Positions 37,760-52,093 are shown, counted from the first letter of the stretch. The stretch: DNA of 64,000 bases from a virus (IMGVR_UViG_2609460332_000008), one strand, 5' to 3'. Program-made: numbers and translations. The notes: generated by a model from the letters alone, not told the origin.

Positions 37760-38118
37760 ATACTTACTGCATCACACTACCCTGGCCGCCGAGCAATAAT
37801 CGCTATTACCGCCATAATCGCGGACGCACGCATATCAGCGCAGAGGGGCAGGCATACCGCGATAATGTCGCCCGAATCATTAAAAACGCAATGCTGGATA
37901 TCGGCCTGGCTATTCCTGTGAAAATCAGCATTGAGTGCCACATGCCGGATCGCCGTCGCCGTGACCTTGATAATCTGCAAAAGGCCGCTTTTGACGCACT
38001 CACCAAAGCAGGTTTCTGGCTGGATGATGCTCAGGTCGTTGATTACCGCGTTGTGAAGATGCCCGTTACCAAAGGTGGGAAGCTGGAGCTGACTATCACT
38101 GAACTGGGAGATGAATGA
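37756..38118 (+). CDS. rusA: RusA Holliday-junction resolvase
   Basis: 120 aa, [18 protein letters not shown]... matches RusA as recalled. Confidence 0.9.
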   Translation: MNTYCITLPWPPSNNRYYRHNRGRTHISAEGQAYRDNVARIIKNAMLDIGLAIPVKISIECHMPDRRRRDLDNLQKAAFDALTKAGFWLDDAQVVDYRVVKMPVTKGGKLELTITELGDE

Positions 38119-38255
38119 TGTTTGAGTCTTATATGGCAGAACGTCTTCGCCGCCGCTGGGTGCGCCTGCGCTTATATCGTTTTCCTAGTTCTGTTTTGAC
38201 CGATTACCGGATACTGAAGAATTACGCCAAAACACTGAAAGGAGCTGCCGCATGA
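38118..38255 (+). CDS. ylcG: YlcG-like small protein (45 aa; below the ORF-track cut-off)
   Basis: [45 protein letters not shown]; overlaps the rusA stop and the Q start. Confidence 0.7.
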   Translation: MFESYMAERLRRRWVRLRLYRFPSSVLTDYRILKNYAKTLKGAAA

Positions 38256-38941
38256 ATACCCAATATTTACAGTATGTCCGCGAGCAACTCATTGTGGCTA
38301 CCGCTGATTTGAGCGGAGCAACGAAAGGACAGCTTGAAGCCTGGCTGGAGCATGCACAATTTGATACTGGTACATACAAACGAAAGAAGCCGCGCATTCT
38401 GGATGAGGTAACTGGCAGGATGATTACGCTGGATAATCCGCCGATTTCCGGTAAGCAGTTGTACGCAAAAGGTTCATCCATTGCACTGGTCAGCCAGGTT
38501 GAGTTCTCAACCTCGTCATGGCGCCGCGCGGTTCTGTCTCTCGAAGAACATCAGAAAGCGTGGTTGCTGTGGAGTTACAGCGAAAGTGTTCGCTGGGAAC
38601 ATCAGGTCACCATAACGCAGTGGGCATGGAGCGAGTTTAAGACTCTGTTGGGTACCAGGAAAATTGCAGGTAAAACACTGGAACGTTTGAAGAAGTTGAT
38701 CTGGCTGGCGGCACAGGATGTGAAGAACGAGCTGGCAGGGCGTAAGACCTATGAATACCAGGAGCTGGCATCACTGGTGGGAGTGACATCAAAAAACTGG
38801 TCTGAGACATTTACTGAACGCTGGGTTGCAATGAAGCACATTTTTCTACAGCTTGATAGCCAAGCTTTATTGCTTTTAACGAAAACACGTTCAAAACAAA
38901 AGACCATATTTTCACAGCAAGATATTGCAAAACTGGATTAA
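38252..38941 (+). CDS. Late-gene antiterminator Q-like protein (not lambda Q type)
   Basis: 229 aa in the Q position between the nin region and the lysis cassette. Confidence 0.6.
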   Translation: MNTQYLQYVREQLIVATADLSGATKGQLEAWLEHAQFDTGTYKRKKPRILDEVTGRMITLDNPPISGKQLYAKGSSIALVSQVEFSTSSWRRAVLSLEEHQKAWLLWSYSESVRWEHQVTITQWAWSEFKTLLGTRKIAGKTLERLKKLIWLAAQDVKNELAGRKTYEYQELASLVGVTSKNWSETFTERWVAMKHIFLQLDSQALLLLTKTRSKQKTIFSQQDIAKLD

Positions 38942-39122
38942 AAATCATATATTTTATGTAAATCTGATATTTTGCCAATGTTGTACGCACTGGCAGTAAT
39001 CCAAATTCAAGCCCGAGGTTTAAAGCCTTGGGCTTTTCTGTTTCTGAACGGTGAGTAGCCTTCCAACCTACCCCAGCCAGGGTGTCTTCAGCTGTTGAGT
39101 TGATATTGCTTAACCCTCTGTT

Positions 39123-39148
39123 GCCAGCTACATGCTGGCTTTTTTATT
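39123..39148 (+). terminator. Rho-independent terminator, candidate tR' of the late leader
   Basis: GCCAGC-tacat-GCTGGC followed by TTTTTTATT; a second hairpin at 39009..39035 is an alternative. Confidence 0.6.
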
Positions 39149-39262
39149 CCAGGCTTGCGGGGAGCATCAACTCCGTGCTTTGTCGTTAAATTACCCCGTG
39201 AGCCTGATTTCTGACATTTAACGTCCCGGCCTTTTGTCGGCGGCGAAACATTGGCTATTCAT

Positions 39263-39568
39263 ATGCACGAAAAAGAGAGCCTTGCCGGAGCGTTCTGGCT
39301 CGTTTTGCTGATCATCGCAGGTTGGGGCGGTCTGGTCCGCTACCTGATAGATGTGAAGCAGAGTAAAGCAACGTGGAGTTGGATAAATGCTCTGGCTCAA
39401 ATAGTGGTATCAGGATTCACCGGTGTTATTGGTGGCCTGATCAGCATCGAAAGTGGATTCAGTATTTACATGATTCTCGCGACAGCGGGGATTAGTGGTG
39501 CGATGGGTTCGGTTGCACTGACGTACTTCTGGGAACGACTGACAGGGGTGAAAAATGCAAAATCTTAA
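39263..39568 (+). CDS. Holin (possible dual-start holin/antiholin)
   Basis: Hydrophobic helices; directly upstream of and overlapping R; upstream in-frame TTG at 39251. Confidence 0.7.
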   Translation: MHEKESLAGAFWLVLLIIAGWGGLVRYLIDVKQSKATWSWINALAQIVVSGFTGVIGGLISIESGFSIYMILATAGISGAMGSVALTYFWERLTGVKNAKS

Positions 39569-40031
39569 TCCTCAGCGTAAAGCCTTCCTCGATATGTTGG
39601 CGTGGTCAGAAGGAACGGATAACGGGCGACAACCGACACGTAACCACGGTTATGATGTTATTGTTGGCGGCGAACTGTTTACTGATTACTCCGATCACCC
39701 TCGCAAACTTGTCACGCTACACCCCAAACTCAAATCAACAGCCGCCGGACGTTATCAGCTTCTTTCACGCTGGTGGGATGCTTACCGTAAACAGCTTGGT
39801 TTGAAAGACTTCTCCCCCAAAAGCCAGGACGCAGTGGCATTACAGCAGATTAAAGAGCGTGGTGCTTTACCGATGATTGATCGCGGTGATATCCGTCAGG
39901 CAATCGACCGTTGCAGCAATATCTGGGCTTCACTGCCGGGCGCTGGTTATGGTCAGTTCGAGCATAAGGCTGACAGCCTGATTGCAAAATTCAAAGAAGC
40001 TGGCGGAACGCTCAGAGAGAGTGAGGTATGA
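39555..40031 (+). CDS. R: Endolysin R (lambda-type lytic transglycosylase)
   Basis: ...[20 protein letters not shown]...[26 protein letters not shown]... near-identical to lambda R as recalled. Confidence 0.9.
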   Translation: MQNLNPQRKAFLDMLAWSEGTDNGRQPTRNHGYDVIVGGELFTDYSDHPRKLVTLHPKLKSTAAGRYQLLSRWWDAYRKQLGLKDFSPKSQDAVALQQIKERGALPMIDRGDIRQAIDRCSNIWASLPGAGYGQFEHKADSLIAKFKEAGGTLRESEV

Positions 40032-40489
40032 GCAGAATAACCGCGATTATCTCCGCTCTGGTTATCTGCGTCATCGTCTGCCTTTCATGGGCGGTTAATC
40101 ATTACCGCGATAACGCGATTACCTACAAAGCCCAGCGCGACAAAAATGCCAGAGAACTGACGCTGGCGAACGCGGCAATTACTGACATACAGATGCGTCA
40201 GCGTGATGTTGCTGCGCTCGATGCAAAATACACGAAGGAGTTAGCTGATGCGAAAGCTGAAAATGATGCTCTGCGTGATGATGTTGCCGCTGGTCGTCGT
40301 CGGTTGCACATCAAAGCAGTCTGTCAGTCAGTGCGTGAAGCCACCACCGCCTCCGGCGTGGATAATGCAGCCTCCCCCCGACTGGCAGACACCGCTGAAC
40401 GGGATTATTTCACCCTCAGAGAGAGGCTGATCACTATGCAAAAACAACTGGAAGGAACCCAGAAGTATATTAATGAGCAGTGCAGATAG
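40028..40489 (+). CDS. Rz: Rz i-spanin
   Basis: N-terminal TM segment plus coiled-coil periplasmic domain; matches lambda Rz. Confidence 0.9.
   Translation: MSRITAIISALVICVIVCLSWAVNHYRDNAITYKAQRDKNARELTLANAAITDIQMRQRDVAALDAKYTKELADAKAENDALRDDVAAGRRRLHIKAVCQSVREATTASGVDNAASPRLADTAERDYFTLRERLITMQKQLEGTQKYINEQCR
40248..40430 (+). CDS. Rz1: Rz1 o-spanin lipoprotein embedded in Rz (+1 frame)
   Basis: [60 protein letters not shown] matches lambda Rz1. Confidence 0.9.
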   Translation: MRKLKMMLCVMMLPLVVVGCTSKQSVSQCVKPPPPPAWIMQPPPDWQTPLNGIISPSERG

Positions 40490-40520
40490 AGCTGCCCATA
40501 TCGATGGGCAACTCATGCAA

Positions 40521-40814
40521 TTATTGTGAGCAATACACACGCGCTTCCAGCGGAGTATAAATGCCTAAAGTAATAAAACCGAGCAATCCATTTACGAATG
40601 TTTGCTGGGTTTCTGTTTTAACAACATTTTCTGCACCACCACAAATTTTTGCTGCATCGACAGTTTTCTTCTGCCCAATTCCCGAAACGAAGAAATGATG
40701 GGTGATGGTTTCCTTTGGTGTTACTGCTGTAGGTTTGTTTCCAACAGTAAACGTCTGTTGAGCACATCCTGTAATAAGCATTGCCAGAGCGGCAGAAAAC
40801 AACATTTTTTTCAT
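40521..40814 (-). CDS. bor: Bor serum-resistance lipoprotein
   Basis: MKKMLFSAALAMLITGCAQQTFTV... matches lambda Bor; opposite strand between Rz and cos as in lambda. Confidence 0.9.
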   Translation of the reverse strand: MKKMLFSAALAMLITGCAQQTFTVGNKPTAVTPKETITHHFFVSGIGQKKTVDAAKICGGAENVVKTETQQTFVNGLLGFITLGIYTPLEARVYCSQ

Positions 40815-41294
40815 CTTATTATCCTGCATTGTTAAAAACGGCAGAATCCTATGTGACAACAATTAAACGATAGTTAAATGGATTGATGAAAATTAAAACT
40901 ACACAGGTGGGCTCAGACTATTGGAGGAAGTTGGGGACACTCAGAATCCTGTGGAATGAAATAAACCGGTCTATCCGTCCATTACCCTTTTAGCTGCGCT
41001 GTATCGTCGCCGTATTCCCGCATTAACCATGACCGTAGCCCGACGGGGAATTCCTTCTGCGTGAGTGTGCGGGAATAATTAAAAACGATGCACACCGGGT
41101 TTTTACCGCGTTAATGATTCGCGGGTTTATCCCGGTGCGATGGTGGAAGAAACAGGAAGCTGTATTACAGAAAGTGCTACTACTGTATCCCGATGCGATG
41201 TATGTAATGTGAGTCAGATAATGGCACAGGATGTGGTGATGTGGCAGTCTGGAACACAGGATATATTGTCAGAATAAGACCCGTAGGAATAAAA

Positions 41295-41621
41295 ATGAAA
41301 AGACGCCTTTTACTACTTTTTCTGTTATCTGTCCTGGCAGTGGGATGCTCGCAGCAAAAAGCTGATGAGCCCCGGCAATTAGTGACGGTGTATCCACGAT
41401 ATCCGGAATATGCTGCAGCAAATTATATCAAGGGGCTGGTTGAGGTTAAGTTCGATATTGGTGCTGATGGGACTGTGACACGGATCGTTTTTCTCCGCTC
41501 AGAGCCTCATAATTTGTTTCGTGATGAAGTGGTGAAGGCCATGGCGAAATGGCGATTTGAAAAGAATCGCCCCTGTCAGGGAGTGAAGAGACAATTTATC
41601 TTTACGCCGTCACGTCCTTGA
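41295..41621 (+). CDS. Lipoprotein with TonB-C-terminal-like domain (moron)
   Basis: Lipobox LAVGC; ...VYPRYPEYAAANYIKGLVEVKFDIGADGTVTRIVFL...AMAKWRFEKNRP fits the TonB C-terminal pattern. Confidence 0.6.
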   Translation: MKRRLLLLFLLSVLAVGCSQQKADEPRQLVTVYPRYPEYAAANYIKGLVEVKFDIGADGTVTRIVFLRSEPHNLFRDEVVKAMAKWRFEKNRPCQGVKRQFIFTPSRP

Positions 41622-41743
41622 TGCTTCCAGGTAGAGAGGGGCTGGAAGCAGGAGAAAAATGAAAGAGCCAGCGGTTATATTTTTGTCATGGCTGACGAGG
41701 AATGATGGAAGAAGGCGTTGTATGCCACACAACGCCTCACTGT

Positions 41744-41923
41744 TCATTTCTTCTTTTTCTCTGGTGGAACCCGATGAATAAGAGTTGCACTGGTTTCCGA
41801 TGAGATGGCGATATACTCGGGCAAAGTATGCTGGCAGTTTTCCAACTGGTCAAAAATACCTGCTCTCGTCTGTTGCAATGCCTGCAGCATGCGGCGGCAA
41901 TGCGCCTTGCTTTTACTAACCAT
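41744..41923 (-). CDS. Hypothetical 59-aa protein (start chosen at the ATG with a strong RBS)
   Basis: GAGGAAGGAAAG directly upstream of ATG (MVSKSKAHCRRMLQ...). Confidence 0.45.
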   Translation of the reverse strand: MVSKSKAHCRRMLQALQQTRAGIFDQLENCQHTLPEYIAISSETSATLIHRVPPEKKKK

Positions 41924-41984
41924 CTTTCCTTCCTCTATCAGTCGCTGCGTGAACTCATCATGGAATACCAGGTAAATGCGGATG

Positions 41985-42236
41985 TTATCGGTTTTGGCTA
42001 CGCAGCATAGTACAAAACGGACAGGTGCATCCCGGGACGGGGGAGGCGTCACATGTCCCTGTGATGGTTGTTCCGGGTAATGTACTGTGTGGGGCATAAA
42101 AATGTCCGATAATTTTACTTTCTACCGCAGTTAGTTGATTCGTTGGTCCTGGTAGCACATTGGGCGAGGATTTAAATGCCAGGCAACTGAAGGATGATGT
42201 CGCAAGGGAGATAGCGAGAATATTTCTGATTTTCAT
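41985..42236 (-). CDS. Small secreted Cys-rich peptide (83 aa)
   Basis: N-terminal signal-peptide-like MKIRNILAISLATSSFSCLA; C-terminal ...GTCDASPVPGCTCPFC... cysteine cluster. Confidence 0.45.
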   Translation of the reverse strand: MKIRNILAISLATSSFSCLAFKSSPNVLPGPTNQLTAVESKIIGHFYAPHSTLPGTTITGTCDASPVPGCTCPFCTMLRSQNR

Positions 42237-42384
42237 TTGATGATGCCTCTGTGTGAAATGACGGTAAACGACGCACTTGTGCCGGCACATAATAGCAAGC
42301 ACCATAATAGATCAGATTCGATTCTTGCTGTAAGTGATAATTATTCTCGTTTTCGGGTCCTTTCCGTCGATCCAACAGGTTACG

Positions 42385-42396
42385 GGGCGGCGACCT
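42385..42396 (+). other. cos: cosN cohesive-end site (GGGCGGCGACCT)
   Basis: ...AGGTTACG|GGGCGGCGACCTCGCGGGTTTTCGCTATTTATGAAAATTTTCCGG... matches the lambda cos junction; about 180 bp upstream of nu1. Confidence 0.85.
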
Positions 42397-42573
42397 CGCG
42401 GGTTTTCGCTATTTATGAAAATTTTCCGGTTTAAGGCGTTTCCGTTCTTCTTCGCCGTAACTTAATGTTTTTATTTAAAACACTCCCTGAAAAGAAAGGA
42501 AACGACAGGTGCTGAAAACGGGCTTTTTGGCCTCTGTCGTTTCCTTTCTCTGTTTTTGTCCGTGGAATGAACA

Positions 42574-43093
42574 ATGGAAGTCAACAAAAAGCAGCTGGCT
42601 GACATTTTCGGCGCGAGTATCCGTACTATTCAGAACTGGCAGGAGCAGGGAATGCCCGTTCTGCGAGGCGGTGGGAAGGGTAATGAGGTGCTTTATGACT
42701 CTGCCGACGTCATAAAATGGTATGCCGAAAGGGATGCTGAAATTGAGAACGAAAAGCTGCGCCGGGAGGTTGAAGAACTGCGACAGGCCAGCGAGACAGA
42801 TCTCCAGCCAGGGACTATTGAGTACGAACGCCATCGACTTACGCGTGCGCAGGCCGACGCACAGGAGCTGAAAAATGCCAGAGACTCCGCTGAAGTGGTG
42901 GAAACCGCATTCTGTACTTTCGTGCTGTCGCGGATCGCAGGTGAAATTGCCAGTATTCTCGACGGGATCCCCCTGTCGGTGCAGCGGCGTTTTCCGGAAC
43001 TGGAAAACCGACATGTTGATTTCCTGAAACGGGATATCATCAAAGCCATGAACAAAGCAGCCGCGCTGGATGAACTGATACCGGGGTTGCTGA

Positions 43094-43119
<26 letters not shown>
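42574..43119 (+). CDS. nu1: Terminase small subunit Nu1
   Basis: MEVNKKQLADIFGASIRTIQNWQEQGMPV... near-identical to lambda Nu1. Confidence 0.95.
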
Positions 43120-46810
<3,691 letters not shown>

Positions 46811-46820
<10 letters not shown>

Positions 46821-48120
46821 TCTCCCGCATATTGCCAGTATGGCCTTTAATGAGCCGCTGATGCTTGAACCCGCCTATGCGCGGGTTTTCTTTTGTGCGC
46901 TTGCAGGCCAGCTTGGGATCAGCCGCCTGACGGATGCGGTATCCGGCGACAGCCTGACTGCCGGAGAGGCACCCGCGGCGCTGGCGTTATCCGTTGATGA
47001 TGACGGACCACGACAGGCCCGCAGTTATCAGGTCATGAACGGCATCGCCGTGCTGCCGGTGTCCGGCACGCTGGTCAGTCGGACGCGAGCGCTGCAGCCG
47101 TATTCGGGGATGACCGGTTACAACGGCATTATCGCCCGTCTGCAACAGGCTGCCAGCGACCCGATGGTGGACGGCATTCTGCTCGATATGGATACGCCAG
47201 GCGGGATGGTGGCAGGGGCATTTGACTGCGCTGACATCATCGCCCGTGTGCGTGACATAAAGCCGGTATGGGCGCTGGCCAACGACATGAACTGCAGTGC
47301 AGGTCAGTTGCTTGCCAGCGCCGCCTCCCGACGTCTGGTCACGCAGACCGCCCGGACAGGCTCCATCGGCGTCATGATGGCTCACAGTAATTACGGTGCT
47401 GCGCTGGAGAAACAGGGCGTGGAAATCACGCTGATTTACAGCGGCAGCCATAAGGTGGATGGCAACCCCTACAGCCATCTACCGGATGATGTCCGGGAAA
47501 CACTGCAGTCCCGGATGGATGCAACCCGCCGGATGTTTGCACAGAAGGTGTCGGCATATACCGGCCTGTCCGTGCAGGCTGTGCTGGATACCGAGGCTGC
47601 AGTGTACAGCGGTCAGGAGGCCATTGATGCCGGACTGGCTGATGAACTTGTTAACAGTACCGATGCGATCACCGTCATGCGTGATGCACTGGATGCACGT
47701 AAATCCCGTCTCTCAGGAGGGCGAATGACCAAAGAGACTCAATCAACAACTGTTTCAGCCACTGCTTCGCAGGCTGACGTTACTGGCGTGGTGCCAGCGA
47801 CGGAGGGCGAGAACGCCAGCGCTGCGCAGCCGGACGTGAACGCGCAGATCACCGCAGCGGTTGCGGCAGAAAACAGTCGCATTATGGGGATCCTCAACTG
47901 TGAGGAAGCTCACGGACGCGAAGAACAGGCACGCGTGCTGGCCGAAACCCCTGGTATGACCGTGGAAACGGCCCGCCGCATTCTGGCAGTTGCACCACAG
48001 AGTGCACAGGCGCGCAGTGACACTGCGCTGGATCGTCTGATGCAGGGGGCACCGGCACCGCTGGCTGCAGGTAACCTGGCATCTGATGCCGTTAACGATT
48101 TGCTGAACACACCAGTGTAA
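46811..48120 (+). CDS. C: Prohead protease / minor capsid protein C (GTG start)
   Basis: GGAGGAGAAGA then GTG-ACA-GCA-GAG (VTAELRNLPHIAS...); ClpP-like region. Confidence 0.85.
47725..48120 (+). CDS. nu3: Scaffold protein Nu3, nested in-frame in the 3' end of C
   Basis: In-frame ATG at 47725 (MTKETQSTTV...); arrangement as in lambda. Confidence 0.65.
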   Translation: MTKETQSTTVSATASQADVTGVVPATEGENASAAQPDVNAQITAAVAAENSRIMGILNCEEAHGREEQARVLAETPGMTVETARRILAVAPQSAQARSDTALDRLMQGAPAPLAAGNLASDAVNDLLNTPV

Positions 48121-48129
48121 GGGATGTTT

Positions 48130-48462
48130 ATGACGAGCAAAGAAACCTTTACCCATTACCAGCCGCTGGGCAACAGTGACCCGGCTCATACCGCAACCGC
48201 GCCCGGCGGATTGAGTGCGAAAGCGCCTGCAATGACCCCGCTGATGCTGGACACCTCCAGCCGTAAGCTGGTTGCGTGGGATGGCACCACCGACGGTGCT
48301 GCCGTTGGCATTCTTGCGGTTGCTGCTGACCAGACCAGCACCACGCTGACGTTCTACAAGTCCGGCACGTTCCGTTATGAGGATGTGCTCTGGCCGGAGG
48401 CTGCCAGCGACGAGACGAAAAAACGGACCGCGTTTGCCGGAACGGCAATCAGCATCGTTTAA
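48130..48462 (+). CDS. D: Head decoration protein D
   Basis: [27 protein letters not shown]... matches lambda gpD. Confidence 0.95.
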   Translation: MTSKETFTHYQPLGNSDPAHTATAPGGLSAKAPAMTPLMLDTSSRKLVAWDGTTDGAAVGILAVAADQTSTTLTFYKSGTFRYEDVLWPEAASDETKKRTAFAGTAISIV

Positions 48463-48517
48463 CTTTACCCTTCATCACTAAAGGCCGCCTGTGCGGCTTT
48501 TTTTACGGGATTTTTTT

Positions 48518-49543
48518 ATGTCGATGTACACAACCGCCCAGCTGCTGGCGGCAAATGAGCAGAAATTTAAGTTTGATCCGCTGTTTCTGCGTCTCTTTTT
48601 CCGTGAGAGCTATCCCTTCACCACGGAGAAAGTCTATCTCTCACAAATTCCGGGACTGGTAAACATGGCGCTGTACGTTTCGCCGATTGTTTCCGGTGAG
48701 GTTATCCGTTCCCGTGGCGGCTCCACCTCTGAATTTACGCCGGGATATGTCAAGCCGAAGCATGAAGTGAATCCGCAGATGACCCTGCGTCGCCTGCCGG
48801 ATGAAGATCCGCAGAATCTGGTGGACCCGGCTTACCGCCGCCGTCGCATCATCATGCAGAACATGCGTGACGAAGAGCTGGCCATTGCTCAGGTCGAAGA
48901 GATGCAGGCAGTTTCTGCCGTGCTTAAGGGCAAATACACCATGACCGGTGAAGCCTTCGATCCGGTTGAGGTGGATATGGGCCGCAGTGAGGAGAATAAC
49001 ATCACGCAGTCCGGCGGCACGGAGTGGAGCAAGCGTGACAAGTCCACGTATGACCCGACCGACGATATCGAAGCCTACGCGCTGAACGCCAGCGGTGTGG
49101 TGAATATCATCGTGTTCGATCCGAAAGGCTGGGCGCTGTTCCGTTCCTTCAAAGCCGTCAAGGAGAAGCTGGATACCCGTCGTGGTTCTAATTCCGAGCT
49201 GGAGACAGCGGTGAAAGACCTGGGTAAAGCGGTGTCCTATAAGGGGATGTATGGCGATGTGGCCATCGTCGTGTATTCCGGACAGTACGTGGAAAACGGC
49301 GTCAAAAAGAACTTCCTGCCGGACAACACGATGGTGCTGGGGAACACTCAGGCACGCGGTCTGCGCACCTATGGCTGCATTCAGGATGCGGACGCACAGC
49401 TCGAAGGCATTAACGCCTCTGCCCGTTACCCGAAAAACTGGGTGACCACCGGCGATCCGGCGCGTGAGTTCACCATGATTCAGTCAGCACCGCTGATGCT
49501 GCTGGCTGACCCTGATGAGTTCGTGTCCGTACAACTGGCGTAA
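48518..49543 (+). CDS. E: Major capsid protein E
   Basis: MSMYTTAQLLAANEQKFKFDPLFLRLFF... matches lambda gpE. Confidence 0.95.
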   Translation: MSMYTTAQLLAANEQKFKFDPLFLRLFFRESYPFTTEKVYLSQIPGLVNMALYVSPIVSGEVIRSRGGSTSEFTPGYVKPKHEVNPQMTLRRLPDEDPQNLVDPAYRRRRIIMQNMRDEELAIAQVEEMQAVSAVLKGKYTMTGEAFDPVEVDMGRSEENNITQSGGTEWSKRDKSTYDPTDDIEAYALNASGVVNIIVFDPKGWALFRSFKAVKEKLDTRRGSNSELETAVKDLGKAVSYKGMYGDVAIVVYSGQYVENGVKKNFLPDNTMVLGNTQARGLRTYGCIQDADAQLEGINASARYPKNWVTTGDPAREFTMIQSAPLMLLADPDEFVSVQLA

Positions 49544-49584
49544 TCATGGCCCTTCGGGGCCATTGTTTCTCTGTGGAGGAGTCC

Positions 49585-49983
49585 ATGACGAAAGATGAAC
49601 TGATTGCCCGTCTCCGCTCGCTGGGTGAACAACTGAACCGTGATGTCAGCCTGACGGGGACGAAAGAAGAACTGGCGCTCCGTGTGGCAGAGCTGGAAGA
49701 GGAGCTTGATGACACGGATGAAACTGCCGGTCAGGACACCCCTCTCAGCCGGGAAAATGTGCTGACCGGACATGAAAATGAGGTGGGATCAGCGCAGCCG
49801 GATACCGTGATTCTGGATACGTCTGAACTGGTCACGGTCGTGGCACTGGTGACGCTGCATACTGATGCACTTCACGCCACGCGGGATGAACCTGTGGCAT
49901 TTGTGCTTCCGGGAACGGCGTTCCGTGTCTCTGCCGGTGTGGCAGCCGAAATGACAGAACGTGGCCTGGCCAGAATGCAATAA
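49585..49983 (+). CDS. FI: DNA packaging protein FI
   Basis: MTKDELIARLRSLGEQLNRD...; position after E. Confidence 0.85.
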   Translation: MTKDELIARLRSLGEQLNRDVSLTGTKEELALRVAELEEELDDTDETAGQDTPLSRENVLTGHENEVGSAQPDTVILDTSELVTVVALVTLHTDALHATRDEPVAFVLPGTAFRVSAGVAAEMTERGLARMQ

Positions 49984-49994
49984 CGGGAGGCGCT

Positions 49995-50348
49995 GTGGCT
50001 GATTTCGATAACCTGTTCGATGCTGCCATTGTCCGCGCCGATGAAACGATACGCGGGTACATGGGAACGTCAGCCACCATGACATCCGGTGAGCAGTCCG
50101 GCGCAGTAATACGTGGTGTTTTTGATGACCCTGAAAATATCAGCTATGCCGGACAGGGCGTGCGCGTTGAAGGCTCCAGCCCGTCCCTGTTTGTCCGGAC
50201 TGATGATGTGCGGCAGCTGCGGCGCGGCGACACGCTGACCATCGGTGAGGAAAACTTCTGGATAGACCGGATTTCGACGGATGATGGCGGAAGCTGTCAT
50301 CTCTGGCTTGGGCGTGGCGTGCCGCCTGCCGTTAACCGTCGTCGCTGA
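49995..50348 (+). CDS. FII: Head-tail connector protein FII
   Basis: 117 aa, MADFDNLFDAAI... Confidence 0.9.
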   Translation: MADFDNLFDAAIVRADETIRGYMGTSATMTSGEQSGAVIRGVFDDPENISYAGQGVRVEGSSPSLFVRTDDVRQLRRGDTLTIGEENFWIDRISTDDGGSCHLWLGRGVPPAVNRRR

Positions 50349-50359
50349 AGGGGGGATGT

Positions 50360-50938
50360 ATGGCCATAAAAGGTCTTGAGCAGGCCGTTGAAAACCTCAG
50401 CCGTATCAGCAGAACGGCGGTGCCCGGTGCCGCCGCAATGGCCATTAACCGCGTTGCTTCATCCGCGATATCGCAGTCGGCGTCACAGGTTGCCCGTGAG
50501 ACAAAGGTACGCCGGAAACTGGTAAAGGAAAGGGCCAGGCTGAAAAGGGCCACGGTCAAAAATCCGCAGGCCAGAATCAAGGTTAACCGGGGGGATTTGC
50601 CCGTAATCAGGCTGGGTAACGCGCGGGTTGTCCTGTCCCGACGCAGGCGTCGTAAAAAGGGGCAGCGTTCATCCCTGAAAGGTGGCGACAGCGTGCTTGT
50701 GGTGGGAAACCGTCGTATTCCCGGCGCGTTTATTCAGCAACTGAAAAATGGCCGATGGCATGTCATGCAGCGTGTGGCCGGGAAAAACCGTTACCCCATT
50801 GATGTGGTGAAAATCCCGATGGCAGTGCCGCTGACCACGGCGTTTAAACAGAATATTGAGCGGATACGGCGTGAACGTCTTCCGAAAGAGCTGGGCTATG
50901 CGCTGCAGCATCAACTGAGGATGGTAATAAAGCGATGA
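50360..50938 (+). CDS. Z: Tail completion protein Z
   Basis: 192 aa, position and length as lambda Z. Confidence 0.85.
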   Translation: MAIKGLEQAVENLSRISRTAVPGAAAMAINRVASSAISQSASQVARETKVRRKLVKERARLKRATVKNPQARIKVNRGDLPVIRLGNARVVLSRRRRRKKGQRSSLKGGDSVLVVGNRRIPGAFIQQLKNGRWHVMQRVAGKNRYPIDVVKIPMAVPLTTAFKQNIERIRRERLPKELGYALQHQLRMVIKR

Positions 50939-51330
50939 AACATACAGAACTCCGTGCAGCCGTACTGGATGCACTGGAAAAACATGACACCGGGGCGACG
51001 CTTTTTGATGGTCGCCCCGCTGTTTTTGATGAGGAGGATTTTCCGGCAGTTGCCGTTTATCTCACCGGCGCTGAATACACGGGCGAAGAGCTGGACAGCG
51101 ATACCTGGCAGGCGGAGCTGCATATTGAAGTTTTCCTGCCTGCTCAGGTGCCGGATTCAGAGCTGGATTCGTGGATGGAGTCCCGGATTTATCCGGTGAT
51201 GAGCGATGTCCCGGCACTGTCAGATTTGATCACCAGTATGGTGGCCAGTGGCTATGACTACCGGCGCGACGATGATGCGGGCCTGTGGAGTTCAGCCGAT
51301 CTGACTTATGTCATTACCTATGAAATGTGA
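50935..51330 (+). CDS. U: Tail terminator protein U
   Basis: 131 aa, [17 protein letters not shown]... Confidence 0.9.
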   Translation: MKHTELRAAVLDALEKHDTGATLFDGRPAVFDEEDFPAVAVYLTGAEYTGEELDSDTWQAELHIEVFLPAQVPDSELDSWMESRIYPVMSDVPALSDLITSMVASGYDYRRDDDAGLWSSADLTYVITYEM

Positions 51331-51337
51331 GGACGAT

Positions 51338-52078
51338 ATGCCTGTACCAAATCCAGTAATGCCGGTGAAAGGGGCCGGGACCACCCTGTGGGTTTATAAG
51401 GGGAACGGTGACCCTTATGCGAACCCGCTTTCAGACGTTGACTGGTCGCGTCTGGCTAAAGTTAAAGACCTGACGCCCGGCGAACTGAGCGCTGAGTCCT
51501 ATGACGACAGCTATCTCGATGATGAAGATGCGGACTGGACTGCGACCGGGCAGGGGCAGAAATCTGCCGGAGATACCAGCTTCACGCTGGCGTGGATGCC
51601 CGGAGAGCAGGGGCAGCAGGCGCTGCTGGCGTGGTTTAATGAAGGGGATACCCGTGCCTATAAAATCCGCTTCCCGAACGGCACGGTCGATGTGTTCCGC
51701 GGCTGGGTCAGCAGTATCGGTAAGGCGGTGACGGCGAAGGAAGTGATCACCCGCACGGTGAAAGTCACCAACGTGGGACGTCCGTCGATGGCAGAAGATC
51801 GCAGCACGGTGACGGCGACAACCGGCATGACGGTGACACCCGCCAGTGCTTCCGTAGTGAAAGGGCAGAGCACTACGCTGACCGTGGCATTCCAGCCGGA
51901 GGGCGCAACCGACAAGAGCTTCCGTGCGGTGTCTGCGGATAAAACAAAAGCCACCGTGTCGGTCAGCGGTATGACCATCACCGTGAACGGCGTTGCTGCA
52001 GGCAAGGTCAACATTCCGGTTGTATCCGGTAATGGTGAGTTTGCTGCGGTTGCAGAAATCACCGTCACCGCCAGTTAA
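51338..52078 (+). CDS. V: Major tail protein V
   Basis: [22 protein letters not shown]...; C-terminal Ig-like part. Confidence 0.9.
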   Translation: MPVPNPVMPVKGAGTTLWVYKGNGDPYANPLSDVDWSRLAKVKDLTPGELSAESYDDSYLDDEDADWTATGQGQKSAGDTSFTLAWMPGEQGQQALLAWFNEGDTRAYKIRFPNGTVDVFRGWVSSIGKAVTAKEVITRTVKVTNVGRPSMAEDRSTVTATTGMTVTPASASVVKGQSTTLTVAFQPEGATDKSFRAVSADKTKATVSVSGMTITVNGVAAGKVNIPVVSGNGEFAAVAEITVTAS

Positions 52079-52093
52079 TCCGGAGAGTCAGCG

